DNA of 64,000 bases, taken from the IMG/VR virus record IMGVR_UViG_3300008262_000008. One strand, 5' to 3'. This document shows, piece by piece, positions 5,922 to 15,401 of the stretch. Positions within the stretch are counted from its first letter, which is position 1, and every line of letters begins with the position of its first letter. The notes under the pieces were generated by a model. It made no database searches. It was not told the DNA's origin and worked only from the letters and a program-made list of their open reading frames with translations. Source of the stretch: a virus. The position numbers and the translations under genes are program-made.

Positions 5922-8237
5922 TTATACTTTGCAGCTGTCACAATCATCTTCAACTAATACATCATTTAGTACACTATTAATAAAATCTTGTACTGATTGT
6001 TTGTCTTCTACTGGATCATCTGCGTCTTTTTTATTGTCGTAAGTATTATGATAATAAGAGGTCTTCCAACCGTACTTATATGTAGTTAATAGGTCTTGAG
6101 CCATTACTGAAGTAGGAACTTCATTATCTTCATAATGTTCTGGATTATAGGACCAGTTTCCAGAAATCGCTTGATCAAAGAACTTCTGCATAACTGCAAC
6201 AATATTAATATACCCACGATTGCTAGACATATCCCAAAGAAGCGTGTAATTGTTCTTAAGTGTTTGGTACTGGGGAACAATCTGCTTAAGCGGACCTTTC
6301 TTCGACTTCTTAACGGACAGATACCCTCTAGGAGGTTCAATTCCGTTTGTTGCATTTGACACAACGGAACTGCTCTCCGATGGCATTTGTGCGGACAGTG
6401 TTGAGTTCCTGAGACCGTGAGCCAGGATGGATGTTCTAAGACTTTCCCAATCATAGTTCAAATTATTAGGTACGATTTCGTCCACATCTTTCTTGTATGT
6501 ATCAATTGGAAGAATTCCATCAGCATACTTAGTACGATCAAAGTAACCACACTTACCTTTCTCAATAGCAAGTTGATTAGAAGACTTCAGTAGATAATAC
6601 TGGAATGCTTCTGTAAGATCATGAACTAATTCCCATGCTCTCGGATCATCATAGTGCTCACCATGACGAGCAAGATAATGTGCTAGACCGATATAACCAA
6701 TGCCAAGAGATCGACGGTTCTTTGTAGAATGCTCAGCGGCAGTTATAGGATATTGCTGATAATCGATCAATTCATCAAGACCCCGAACGGAAAGATCACA
6801 GAGTTCTTCTAGTTCATCAAGATTTTTAATTTTGCCAACATTAACTGCAGAGAGAATACAAAGGGCAATTTCACCTTCTGGATCATCAATATGATGTAGT
6901 GGTTTGGTGGGAAGGGTAATCTCTTGACAGAGGTTACTCATCCAAACTTTATCTTTGAAGGAAGAATGCTCATTGCAGTGGTCGATGTTCATAATGTAGA
7001 TACGACCAGTCTCTGCTCTCTCCTTTAAGAGTGAAAGAAATAGTTCTTGAGCACTGACAGTTTTTCTTGGAATAGAAGTATCTCGTTCATAAACATTGTA
7101 TAACTCGTCAAATCCAGCAAGACCAAAAGCATCAGACAGACCTGGAACGTCATGTGGACTGAAGAGAGAAATGTCTTCGTTTCGGATGAATCGTTCATAG
7201 AAGAGTTTGCTGATCTGGATGCTATAGTCTAACTTACGAACTCGGTTATCGTCGGTTCCTTTATTATTCTTTAATACTAGGATGTCCTCGATCTCTTGGT
7301 GCCAGATTGGGAAGTGGACAGTTGCTGATCCACCTCGGATGCCATTTTGAGTGCAGCATCTGACAGTTGCCTCAAACTTTTTGAGGAAAGGGATAACACC
7401 TGTGTGACTAACTTCTCCCCCTCGGATCTTGCTGTTGAGACCACGGATTCGACCTGCGTTGATACCGATACCCGCCCTTTGTGCAACGTATCTGCCAATA
7501 GCCATATCGCTAGTAAAGATACTATCGAGGGTGTCATCGCTGTCAACAAGCACACAGCTAGCAAATTGTCGAAGTGGAGTTCGCACTCCCGCCAAGATAG
7601 GTGTGGGTACGTTGATTTTGTGTTTGCTGATTGCGTCATAATATTTCCTTACATAGGAGAGACGTGTTTCTTTTGGATACTCTGCAAAGATTGTGGCAGA
7701 TGCCAACATATAAGCATATTGTGGCGTTTCAAATATTGTTCCGTTACTTCTATCCTGCACAAGGTATTTATCAACGACCTGACGTAGACCTGCATAAGTG
7801 AATAGGAAGTCACGATCATGATCAATAAAGGTATCAATCTTGTCCCACTCTTCCATAGAGTATTTACCGAGAAGTTCTCCATCATACACACGCAAAGAAA
7901 CACCTCCAACAAGATGGTCATGAACATTTGGAAACTCTACTTTCCAATTTGCCCCAAAGACATGCTTGCGTAGACCGAAAAGAAGGAGACGAGCAGCAAC
8001 AAACTGATAGTTTGGATTATCAAGAGAAATAAGATCGTTAGCTGATCGGACCAGGATCTCTTGGATTTGGGAAGTTTTAATGCCATCATAAAATTGAATG
8101 TTTGCGTTCATTTCTACTTGTGAAGCAGACACACCACTCAATCCATCACAAGCATGTTCAACCATAATATGAATTTTATCAATATTAAGACGCTCTACAG
8201 AACCGTCTCTCTTTACAACTTTGATGCCATTACTCAT
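5922..8237 (-). CDS. nrdA: Ribonucleotide reductase class Ia alpha subunit
   Basis: ATP cone VVKRDG, SNLCQEI, C-terminal CDSCKV; no intein-size insertion. Confidence 0.97.
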   Translation of the reverse strand: MSNGIKVVKRDGSVERLNIDKIHIMVEHACDGLSGVSASQVEMNANIQFYDGIKTSQIQEILVRSANDLISLDNPNYQFVAARLLLFGLRKHVFGANWKVEFPNVHDHLVGGVSLRVYDGELLGKYSMEEWDKIDTFIDHDRDFLFTYAGLRQVVDKYLVQDRSNGTIFETPQYAYMLASATIFAEYPKETRLSYVRKYYDAISKHKINVPTPILAGVRTPLRQFASCVLVDSDDTLDSIFTSDMAIGRYVAQRAGIGINAGRIRGLNSKIRGGEVSHTGVIPFLKKFEATVRCCTQNGIRGGSATVHFPIWHQEIEDILVLKNNKGTDDNRVRKLDYSIQISKLFYERFIRNEDISLFSPHDVPGLSDAFGLAGFDELYNVYERDTSIPRKTVSAQELFLSLLKERAETGRIYIMNIDHCNEHSSFKDKVWMSNLCQEITLPTKPLHHIDDPEGEIALCILSAVNVGKIKNLDELEELCDLSVRGLDELIDYQQYPITAAEHSTKNRRSLGIGYIGLAHYLARHGEHYDDPRAWELVHDLTEAFQYYLLKSSNQLAIEKGKCGYFDRTKYADGILPIDTYKKDVDEIVPNNLNYDWESLRTSILAHGLRNSTLSAQMPSESSSVVSNATNGIEPPRGYLSVKKSKKGPLKQIVPQYQTLKNNYTLLWDMSSNRGYINIVAVMQKFFDQAISGNWSYNPEHYEDNEVPTSVMAQDLLTTYKYGWKTSYYHNTYDNKKDADDPVEDKQSVQDFINSVLNDVLVEDDCDSCKV

Positions 8238-9238
8238 ACTTTTTTCCATTCGGTAAATTTAATTTTTGCTTCTAATCCTTTGTAAGTATTAGATTGAACT
8301 AATTGCTGTGGATTAAGACCAGCAATTACCATTTCATTAATATCTTTTTTATTTAAAGACTTTGGCCAAATTACAATAGAATGTTTTCTATTGATGACTT
8401 TTTCCATTCTAGCAACGATCTGAGCGTTGCGGGGCTCGTTATCATACACGAAAACGAATTCTGTGTCAACACAAGAATTAACAAATGTCCAATCAATGTC
8501 TGCTCCAACCATTGCAATTGAATTGGTTAAGAACATGCTATCGAAAGCACCTTCTGTTATATAAACTTGTTCTGTGTTATTAACATTATCTAAGTTATAA
8601 ATTTTAGGTTTGCTTTCGTCAAGAATTGTAGTTAGATACCGCATTGAATTTTTCGGATTAAGTGCTCTTGCTTGAAAACCAAACCATTCTTTATCTAGAA
8701 TAAGGGGAATAATAATCCTTGAGTGATCAGGATAAGTATCCTTGAATGTAGGTTTTTGTTTATTCACCCACTTTTTATATTGTGCAATATAATAAATCTC
8801 TTTGAATTTTGTTTCTGGTATTTGTCTACTTTCTACATATTTTCTTGCTGCGTGTGTTTTATTTAGATCAGATATTCTAACAAGTCCATCAATCTTTGCA
8901 GCAAATTTTGGTGCTTCAAAATTATATTCTTGATCCGATTTTTCAAATAGTTTATTACTTGAAAATCCATCCTTATAAGTTTCCAGAATATATTCATCAT
9001 AAACATCTGGAGCATTTTGTTTTAGAAAATTTGAAAAGTTAGTTGTAACTCCACAGTTATGACACTTGTATACTGTTACATTTTTATTATCAAAGAAATA
9101 TCCTCTTGCCTTACTCTTATTCCTACTACTGTCTCCACAATAAGGACACCTAAAATTATAGATGCCTTCTTTTTTGCGAGCAAATTTATCTAACCTAATG
9201 GAAATTAGGTTGATATATTTAACATCAATATAATTCAT
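8234..9238 (-). CDS. gp61: T4-like DNA primase gp61
   Basis: Zn finger CPYCGD...CHNC, TEGAFDS and VYDNE TOPRIM motifs; start trimmed to MNYIDVKY. Confidence 0.95.
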   Translation of the reverse strand: MNYIDVKYINLISIRLDKFARKKEGIYNFRCPYCGDSSRNKSKARGYFFDNKNVTVYKCHNCGVTTNFSNFLKQNAPDVYDEYILETYKDGFSSNKLFEKSDQEYNFEAPKFAAKIDGLVRISDLNKTHAARKYVESRQIPETKFKEIYYIAQYKKWVNKQKPTFKDTYPDHSRIIIPLILDKEWFGFQARALNPKNSMRYLTTILDESKPKIYNLDNVNNTEQVYITEGAFDSMFLTNSIAMVGADIDWTFVNSCVDTEFVFVYDNEPRNAQIVARMEKVINRKHSIVIWPKSLNKKDINEMVIAGLNPQQLVQSNTYKGLEAKIKFTEWKKV

Positions 9239-9633
9239 TTTGTGGATTGTATGGGTGCTCCTCCTATAGTAACACGACCAGAACCCACTGTCAATAGATT
9301 TCCAAAGAATGCCGCTGATCCAATGACCAATGTAGCAGCACCAAGAACACCCATAGTAACCCAACGAAACTTAGAAAGGTCTTCTACCTTTCTTTCAAGT
9401 TGCTCTAACTTATTATTGATAGCTTTGATTAATTCTAAAATAGCAGCCTCTGCTTTATCTACTTGGTCTAATCTATTTTCGTGGCGTTCTAAAATGAGGG
9501 CAACATTCTGGTTGCTCTCACTAATTTTGTCTACTGCACGTTCAAGTTTGTCAAGCATCTCCTTAGAGAGATCTTCATATATCTGAAACTTCGCTTCTAA
9601 TACTGAAAGGTCTTTTGGAATTCCAAAGGGCAT
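9235..9633 (-). CDS. Coiled-coil protein with a C-terminal transmembrane helix
   Basis: Heptad-rich N-terminus, then RWVTMGVLGAATLVIGSAAFF. Confidence 0.75.
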   Translation of the reverse strand: MPFGIPKDLSVLEAKFQIYEDLSKEMLDKLERAVDKISESNQNVALILERHENRLDQVDKAEAAILELIKAINNKLEQLERKVEDLSKFRWVTMGVLGAATLVIGSAAFFGNLLTVGSGRVTIGGAPIQSTK

Positions 9634-9643
9634 TTCAGTATCC

Positions 9644-10081
9644 TCAATTATTCAATCCTGGATTTTTTGCTGCCAATTTCTGTTGTTGAATTTGATTGGC
9701 CATTGCTTGCTTCTGCAATGCAATTTTCTTTTGAAGTGCTTGCTTTGCAACTTGTGCTGCCTTCTGTTGAAGTGGAGAAGGTTTAGCAGTTGCTTGTGTA
9801 GTAGAAGATGCTTTAGCAGGAGCAGCTGCTGGCGCTTGGGCTGCTTTAGCAGCTTCTTGCTTCTTTGCCATTACTTCTTGTGGTGATGGTTGGGGACTAC
9901 CAGTTGCAGATTGAACAGGTTTCTTTTGATTATTTTGTTGTTGTAACATGGTAGCTTCCTTTATTCTTTTTCTTTTAATTAATTTTTTAACTAATTTAAC
10001 TCCAGGTTGTACTGCAGGAGGTAAAGAAACTTCAGCACCTTGATTAGGTCCAATACTATTAGTTGGTGGATGACCTTCCAT
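9644..10081 (-). CDS. Q/A/K-rich low-complexity hypothetical protein
   Basis: 145-aa ORF in operon context. Confidence 0.7.
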   Translation of the reverse strand: MEGHPPTNSIGPNQGAEVSLPPAVQPGVKLVKKLIKRKRIKEATMLQQQNNQKKPVQSATGSPQPSPQEVMAKKQEAAKAAQAPAAAPAKASSTTQATAKPSPLQQKAAQVAKQALQKKIALQKQAMANQIQQQKLAAKNPGLNN

Positions 10082-10082
10082 A

Positions 10083-10445
10083 TTAAATACCTCTTAATGA
10101 ATTCTCAATATCTTCATCAACTGGAATTCCTTCCATAGATTCTGATGGAAGACGGTTCAAGAATACCATAAATGCTTTTAAACATCCCCAATATTCTTTA
10201 TCCAATTTATAAAAAAGTAATGGTGTTGCCGCTTCACCAAAAACATTATATAAAATTATGATGTGATTTAGTAATAAATGACTTCGAAGGGGACCACCAG
10301 TTAGATACCTTTTCAATAATCTTTTAATATATTTAAATCTTTTGATGTCCTCTTCAAAGTCTTCTCTAGTAACAGACTGAGGATTATCATAATGTTTAAT
10401 AGCAAACATCATATAATTGTCTTCATTCAATTCCTCAAATCTCAT
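10083..10445 (-). CDS. Conserved T4-like phage hypothetical protein
   Basis: MRFEELNEDNYMMFAIKHYDNP...LNHIIILYNVFG pattern. Confidence 0.8.
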   Translation of the reverse strand: MRFEELNEDNYMMFAIKHYDNPQSVTREDFEEDIKRFKYIKRLLKRYLTGGPLRSHLLLNHIIILYNVFGEAATPLLFYKLDKEYWGCLKAFMVFLNRLPSESMEGIPVDEDIENSLRGI

Positions 10446-10451
10446 AATTTA

Positions 10452-11060
10452 TCATGCATAGGTTAATGACGCACTGTTAGAAATGACTTCCTCAGTACCA
10501 CCAGCAGAATTGATCTTTACACGGAACTTGTAACCATCATAGGTTGCCTTAGCAGCAGCAGTAAGTGTAAGAGTTGCTGTTGTAGCACCAGTATAAACAC
10601 CTGTATTTGAAATGTCTGTCCACTTAGTTGTCTGCGAAGCAGTTTGATACTGCCACTGATAAGTGAGAGTTCCAGGTGTACCAGTTGTTGAAGTCGTAAC
10701 TGTGAATGTTCCAGTGTAAGGAGTTGATGCTCCAGTAACTGCTGCTGGTTGACCAGTAATAGTAACTGCAGATGCTACATCTGCTGCAATAGTATCATCT
10801 GCCTGAGTTTCATTAGCATTTGTATCAGGGTCAGCAAGGGCAACCATCTTCTCTGACTTATGACGAGTGTTGCCATCAGTATCAACATATGTATAATACG
10901 ACCACCAACCTGGACCATCAATACCACGTTGACGGTTCTCGTTTAATTGTGCTTCTGTTTCATCAACGAAGACGATTGTTGGCGTAATTGATGATGCGGC
11001 AACTCCAATACCAGCCTTTGTTTTATTTGTGTTTGAATCGGTTCTTCCGTAAAGAGACAT
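10452..11060 (-). CDS. Probable virion protein with a C-terminal Ig-like domain
   Basis: TITGQP...FTV...YQWQ...ATLTL...DGYKFRV Ig pattern; late promoter TATAAATA at 11094-11101. Confidence 0.7.
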   Translation of the reverse strand: MSLYGRTDSNTNKTKAGIGVAASSITPTIVFVDETEAQLNENRQRGIDGPGWWSYYTYVDTDGNTRHKSEKMVALADPDTNANETQADDTIAADVASAVTITGQPAAVTGASTPYTGTFTVTTSTTGTPGTLTYQWQYQTASQTTKWTDISNTGVYTGATTATLTLTAAAKATYDGYKFRVKINSAGGTEEVISNSASLTYA

Positions 11061-11100
11061 TGTATTCTCCAATAAACTTTTATATCCTGTATTTATTTAT

Positions 11101-11123
11101 AAAAAAGGACCCGTAGGGGTCCT
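11101..11123 (-). terminator. Rho-independent terminator followed by a late promoter
   Basis: AAGGACCC-CTAC-GGGTCCTT-TTTT then ATAAATA. Confidence 0.8.
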
Positions 11124-11129
11124 TCAGGA

Positions 11130-11309
11130 TCAAGGGGTTAGATCTTTTGCCCCTTTATTCTTAAGCTGTGCTTGGACTTGCATAAGAACTAGGGAAAGAA
11201 TACCGTTTGATTTTACCTTTGGGTTTGCTCCAAGTGCTTCTGAAACTGCAAAAAGAACAGTTGCGATAAGAGCCTGGTTAGCAAAAGCCCATGCGATTAG
11301 TGCCGACAT
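11130..11309 (-). CDS. 59-aa hydrophobic protein (MSALIAWAFANQALIATVLF...)
   Basis: Translated manually; ends just before the terminator. Confidence 0.65.
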   Translation of the reverse strand: MSALIAWAFANQALIATVLFAVSEALGANPKVKSNGILSLVLMQVQAQLKNKGAKDLTP

Positions 11310-11346
11310 GATGATACCTATACTAAAGGGTATAGGTATTTATCAA

Positions 11347-12738
11347 TTAAGTTCCTCTAGTATCATTCATAAAATCTTGTGATGCTTTAGCAGCAGCACG
11401 ACGTTTTGCAACCTTCTGAGCAGGAGTAACACTAGGTCCAGGTGTAGGAGCACCCTTTTCCTTTTTCTTTCCTCTTTGTTGGATAGCACCACCAGCACCC
11501 ATTCTTCCAGAACCCATAACTTTGTGCATGTGTCTCATAACTTGAGAATGCTTATCATCACCACCCATGGTGCCACCTTTGGTTACAGGTTTACCAGTCT
11601 TAAGATCCTTACCTGTTTCTTTCTCGTAACGATTACGCTCAGCAATAAAATCAGAGAATGAAAGTGATTCACCCATTGCTTTTTGCTTACGAAGTTTCTT
11701 AGGATTCTTCGTCTTGTCTGCTGAGTAGTTACTATCCTCACCCTCAGGATCTACAGCACTACGATGTCTTGTGCTTCTTTCATGATCGGGCATATTTGCA
11801 CGACCACTCTTTGCTTCATCTGGAGAATACGTTCTACCACTGTTGTACCATTCCTTACCTACATGACCTCTCTTCTTAGCATCAGCAGAAGCTTCTCTAC
11901 GCTTGAGTTTTCTGCGGTTTGCTTTGAAAGCCTTCATATCCATGCCTTCTTCCATTTCAATCTCTTCCTTCATTCCCTTTTCTCTTGCTGCTCTTGCTGC
12001 TTTTGCTTTAGCAAGAGTTCTTTCTCTTGCAGCATCACGCTCATCCTTAGGGATAGCAGTTACAGCACCAAGTCTTTCTGCAGGTTTGCCAGGAACAGCA
12101 GATTCTAATACTTCACCTTCTGGATCAAAAGAATTTTTTAATCCTAATTTAGTTTTAATTCTATCACCAATACTTTGCTTTTTAGGTGCTGATGACCTAT
12201 ATCCATGACGCTTAGCATAATCCATATAAGATTCACCTGGCTTCAGTTTTTTAGGATCTTCTTTTGGTTTAGAAGTAGCATCTTCACGAGCACGAAGTTT
12301 TGCACCACGATCACTTAGTTTTTTATCTTGCTCAGGATCTGGATGCCAATAATCACCTTCATTTACAAACTCTTCATTACTCACCATACCAGGAATATAT
12401 TTTCCTTTGGTTTTTTTGTCATGCCATTTAATAGATTTAGTTTCTTTTTTTGCATAATCTGATGCAATTGAGTTGGCATGTAATCCTGGAGTATGACTTT
12501 TTACACCAGCTCTTTTTGCTTCTCTTTCTCGTTCAGCAGCACGTTCTTGTGCTGCCAATCTTCTCATCTCACGATCTTCTTCTAGAGATTGTCTGATTTG
12601 TTCTTTGAGACTTTCTTTAGTTGGATTAATTTTCACGGTGCTTTTGTTTCCTGTGTCTAATTTTTTTCCTGTTTTAATATTGTTATTATCCTTTTCCATA
12701 TCACTCCTCACAATAAATTTGTACGCCACTTTCTTCAA
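11347..12738 (-). CDS. Highly charged modular protein, putative internal head protein
   Basis: K/E/R-rich modules separated by hydrophobic-x-E motifs; internal SFSDFIAE motif. Confidence 0.75.
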   Translation of the reverse strand: MKKVAYKFIVRSDMEKDNNNIKTGKKLDTGNKSTVKINPTKESLKEQIRQSLEEDREMRRLAAQERAAEREREAKRAGVKSHTPGLHANSIASDYAKKETKSIKWHDKKTKGKYIPGMVSNEEFVNEGDYWHPDPEQDKKLSDRGAKLRAREDATSKPKEDPKKLKPGESYMDYAKRHGYRSSAPKKQSIGDRIKTKLGLKNSFDPEGEVLESAVPGKPAERLGAVTAIPKDERDAARERTLAKAKAARAAREKGMKEEIEMEEGMDMKAFKANRRKLKRREASADAKKRGHVGKEWYNSGRTYSPDEAKSGRANMPDHERSTRHRSAVDPEGEDSNYSADKTKNPKKLRKQKAMGESLSFSDFIAERNRYEKETGKDLKTGKPVTKGGTMGGDDKHSQVMRHMHKVMGSGRMGAGGAIQQRGKKKEKGAPTPGPSVTPAQKVAKRRAAAKASQDFMNDTRGT

Positions 12739-13996
12739 AAATTACTTCATGTCCATCTTCGTATGCAGCAATAACTTCACGAACTTGCTCAACTGTGAAA
12801 CCTTCTTCGATCATATCAAGATAGAGTTCTTGATACTCTTCCTTAGGAACACAGTTAGGAACTTCCTTACCGCCCTTCATTTTCTTACCAACCATTTGAT
12901 ATCCTTTCCAGCAAGGATCCTTATCGCCACCTTGCATCTCACCGTCTTCTTCAATATGCTCTACTTCTTCTTTGTTATATGCTTTCCAAGCAGTAGCATA
13001 AGCAATACCTTTTTCTTTTTTAGTTAATCCACCCTTCTTATACTTATCTTTGATATGCTTAACCATACGCTCATGCTTAGCACTAGGAGGTGCTTTCTCT
13101 ACCAATGTTTCTTCACCTAAACGACTTGCAACTTTACCTGCACCTGATGCAACCTTTCTAGCTGCTTTACCGACAACTTTCTTAATTCCACTCTTAAGTT
13201 TTGCACCAACTCTTGATAGGAAAGAAGGTCTTGCTGGTTTATCTGAAGATGAAGAACTGCTCGATGATGAGGAACTACCAGAAGAAGATGAACTAGAAGA
13301 CTGTTGCTTCTCTGATGCCTTTGCTTTACCTGCAGCATATCCTGCGCGAGCTGCACCTGCGATTTCTCCTGCTGCGCCTGCTGCTTTTACTGCAACTTTC
13401 TTAGCACCCGACGCTGCTGCTTTCACACCAGCTTTTGCACCAGACTTAACTTTACTTGCAAAGTTCTTAACTGCACCTTTGATCTTAGCAACCTTTTCTT
13501 TTCTTTGCTGTTGTCTTTGGTGTTGAAATAAATCTAATTGCTTTGCTGCTTCATCTAAAGATTCAACTAGCATCATTTCAAGATCTTCGATCTCATAACC
13601 TTCTGCTAGGCACTCAGTTAGAGCTTCCTCTACCATCTCTTCAATAAGATCATCAGTTAAGAATACAATATCTTCATCAGAAAAATCATCAAGAACTGAA
13701 GAGAAATCTAGATCTTCTTTTTTCATTGCCTTCTTAATGGCCTTATCCTTTACACCAGCATACTCATCAGTCTCATCTTCTACAGTGCCATCTTCATCAT
13801 AGTCTCTTGACTTCTTACCAGACTTGTTAGGATACTTATCTTCCTGATCCTCGCCAGCCTTTTCAGATTTTTCTTCTTTTTCCTTACCTTCTTTTTCTTT
13901 TTCTTTTTCTGCTTCAGAAAGATATCCAATACCGTTTAGAATATCTTCAATTCCAGACAATCTAGAAGTAGATTGTGAGTACATGTCGTTAAGCAT
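12701..13996 (-). CDS. Highly charged modular protein with Ser and Ala/Lys tracts, putative internal head protein
   Basis: Acidic and basic modules, poly-Ser linker, DPCWKGYQMVGKKMKGGKEVPNCVP module. Confidence 0.75.
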   Translation of the reverse strand: MLNDMYSQSTSRLSGIEDILNGIGYLSEAEKEKEKEGKEKEEKSEKAGEDQEDKYPNKSGKKSRDYDEDGTVEDETDEYAGVKDKAIKKAMKKEDLDFSSVLDDFSDEDIVFLTDDLIEEMVEEALTECLAEGYEIEDLEMMLVESLDEAAKQLDLFQHQRQQQRKEKVAKIKGAVKNFASKVKSGAKAGVKAAASGAKKVAVKAAGAAGEIAGAARAGYAAGKAKASEKQQSSSSSSSGSSSSSSSSSSSDKPARPSFLSRVGAKLKSGIKKVVGKAARKVASGAGKVASRLGEETLVEKAPPSAKHERMVKHIKDKYKKGGLTKKEKGIAYATAWKAYNKEEVEHIEEDGEMQGGDKDPCWKGYQMVGKKMKGGKEVPNCVPKEEYQELYLDMIEEGFTVEQVREVIAAYEDGHEVIFEESGVQIYCEE

Positions 13997-14010
13997 AATT
14001 GATACCTAAA

Positions 14011-15195
14011 TTAGTTCTTCTTTTTATTATTTATATTTCTGAAATCTGAAAATTTCATTACAGGTTGACCAGGAGTAAGTTCCTGAACATACTCTCTATA
14101 CTTATCTGTACCTACTTCTAATTGAGTTTCTGGATCTTCTCCTTCAGTTAATTCAATTAGATCTTTTAGCCAACCTCTATACTTTTCATCATGCTCATCA
14201 ACGTAGATAACATGATTTGTTCCTCGATTTACAATCCTACCTACAATACCAGTATTAATATTTTCAACAATAGTCCCAATTTCAAAGATGTTACCTTTGA
14301 AATAGTTTTCTCTTAAATTTAAGTAATCAAGTTTAGGAGCAATCTCCCAAAGATTATAATCATAATCTTCTTTAATATTCATTGCTTTACGCAAGGTAGT
14401 CATAATACCTCTTGCTTCACTGTCATTAATAGTCTTAGGCATACCCTTTTTAAAGGTATCAAAATCATTATCGGCAGCTGCTTTACGCATCTTGGATGCT
14501 GACATTCCTTCTACACCTTCTGCATCAGCATCTCTTTCACCTGCAGACAATACTTGGATCTCTTCAAAGTTATATATCTTACCATTATACTTCTTGGCAA
14601 GAGCATCAAATTCCCCAACTCTATCACTACCAACTACAATATGAACTGACCCATATCCTTCCCCATATGCCGCAGAAAGAACATCGAAGATATTTTTCAT
14701 ATCCTCATTATCCTGAATAGCATCAGCATAATCAGGAAACATTTTTTTCATGATTGCAACTTTAGTTGCTGGATCTAAGGGGTTCTTTTTAGGATCTTGT
14801 GTCCTGCTAGGATAAATTCTAAGATCTCCACCTTGAGATAACTTGCCAACTTGATTGATTAATTTTTCATGTCCGATAGTAGGAGGATTAAACCTACCAA
14901 AAGTAACAGTAATTGTAGGACCACCAGCATTTACTTCTAAAGCATCTGTTGGTGCATTTGGATCTTGAGCAGGGGCAGCTGCTTGTCCTGTAGGTGCTAC
15001 AGCAGATTGATCTTGTCCAGTAACAACAATTGGAGTTTGAAGTTTTTTTAGTACACCATTTTCAGATTTATATGTAATCTGACCCATATCATTGGCATAT
15101 CTTCCTCTACCAACATGATGTACTTTTAATTTTTCAGCCTGATCTCTAGTCTTTGAGACTTTTGCTTCAGTTAGAAATTCGTTAAAACTTTTCAT
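14011..15195 (-). CDS. Cytidylyltransferase-like (HIGH-family) nucleotidyltransferase
   Basis: TFGRFNPPTIGHEKL, VVGSDR and MSASKMR motifs; late promoter CATAAATA at 15253-15260. Confidence 0.85.
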   Translation of the reverse strand: MKSFNEFLTEAKVSKTRDQAEKLKVHHVGRGRYANDMGQITYKSENGVLKKLQTPIVVTGQDQSAVAPTGQAAAPAQDPNAPTDALEVNAGGPTITVTFGRFNPPTIGHEKLINQVGKLSQGGDLRIYPSRTQDPKKNPLDPATKVAIMKKMFPDYADAIQDNEDMKNIFDVLSAAYGEGYGSVHIVVGSDRVGEFDALAKKYNGKIYNFEEIQVLSAGERDADAEGVEGMSASKMRKAAADNDFDTFKKGMPKTINDSEARGIMTTLRKAMNIKEDYDYNLWEIAPKLDYLNLRENYFKGNIFEIGTIVENINTGIVGRIVNRGTNHVIYVDEHDEKYRGWLKDLIELTEGEDPETQLEVGTDKYREYVQELTPGQPVMKFSDFRNINNKKKN

Positions 15196-15401
15196 TTATC
15201 CCAATTTTTACTGTTTGCAATGTGGATTAATCCACGTTTCTTCATCAAATAATATTTATGCTTCAATGCTTTTGTCTTTGCTACTGAGATTTTACAATCC
15301 ATTACCGTAGCAAAATAAGCAAGAGCAACTTCCATCTTTTTGGTTTTCAATAAGATCTCCAATGATTTATTTAGATCTTCATTATCAATAGACTTTAACA
15401 T
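15192..15401 (-). CDS. Small basic hypothetical protein
   Basis: 69-aa ORF overlapping both neighbours. Confidence 0.55.
   Translation of the reverse strand: MLKSIDNEDLNKSLEILLKTKKMEVALAYFATVMDCKISVAKTKALKHKYYLMKKRGLIHIANSKNWDK

Noticed and set aside
3506-8200. Many 60-150 aa ORFs antisense or out of frame within the lysin, nrdB and nrdA
   Set aside because: Shadow ORFs of well-supported genes, with no SD or recognisable motifs
9239-9364. Long N-terminal extensions in the ORF track for gp61 (also gp41, cobS and the 2OG oxygenase at 21246)
   Set aside because: They overlap upstream genes, and family homology starts at downstream Met codons
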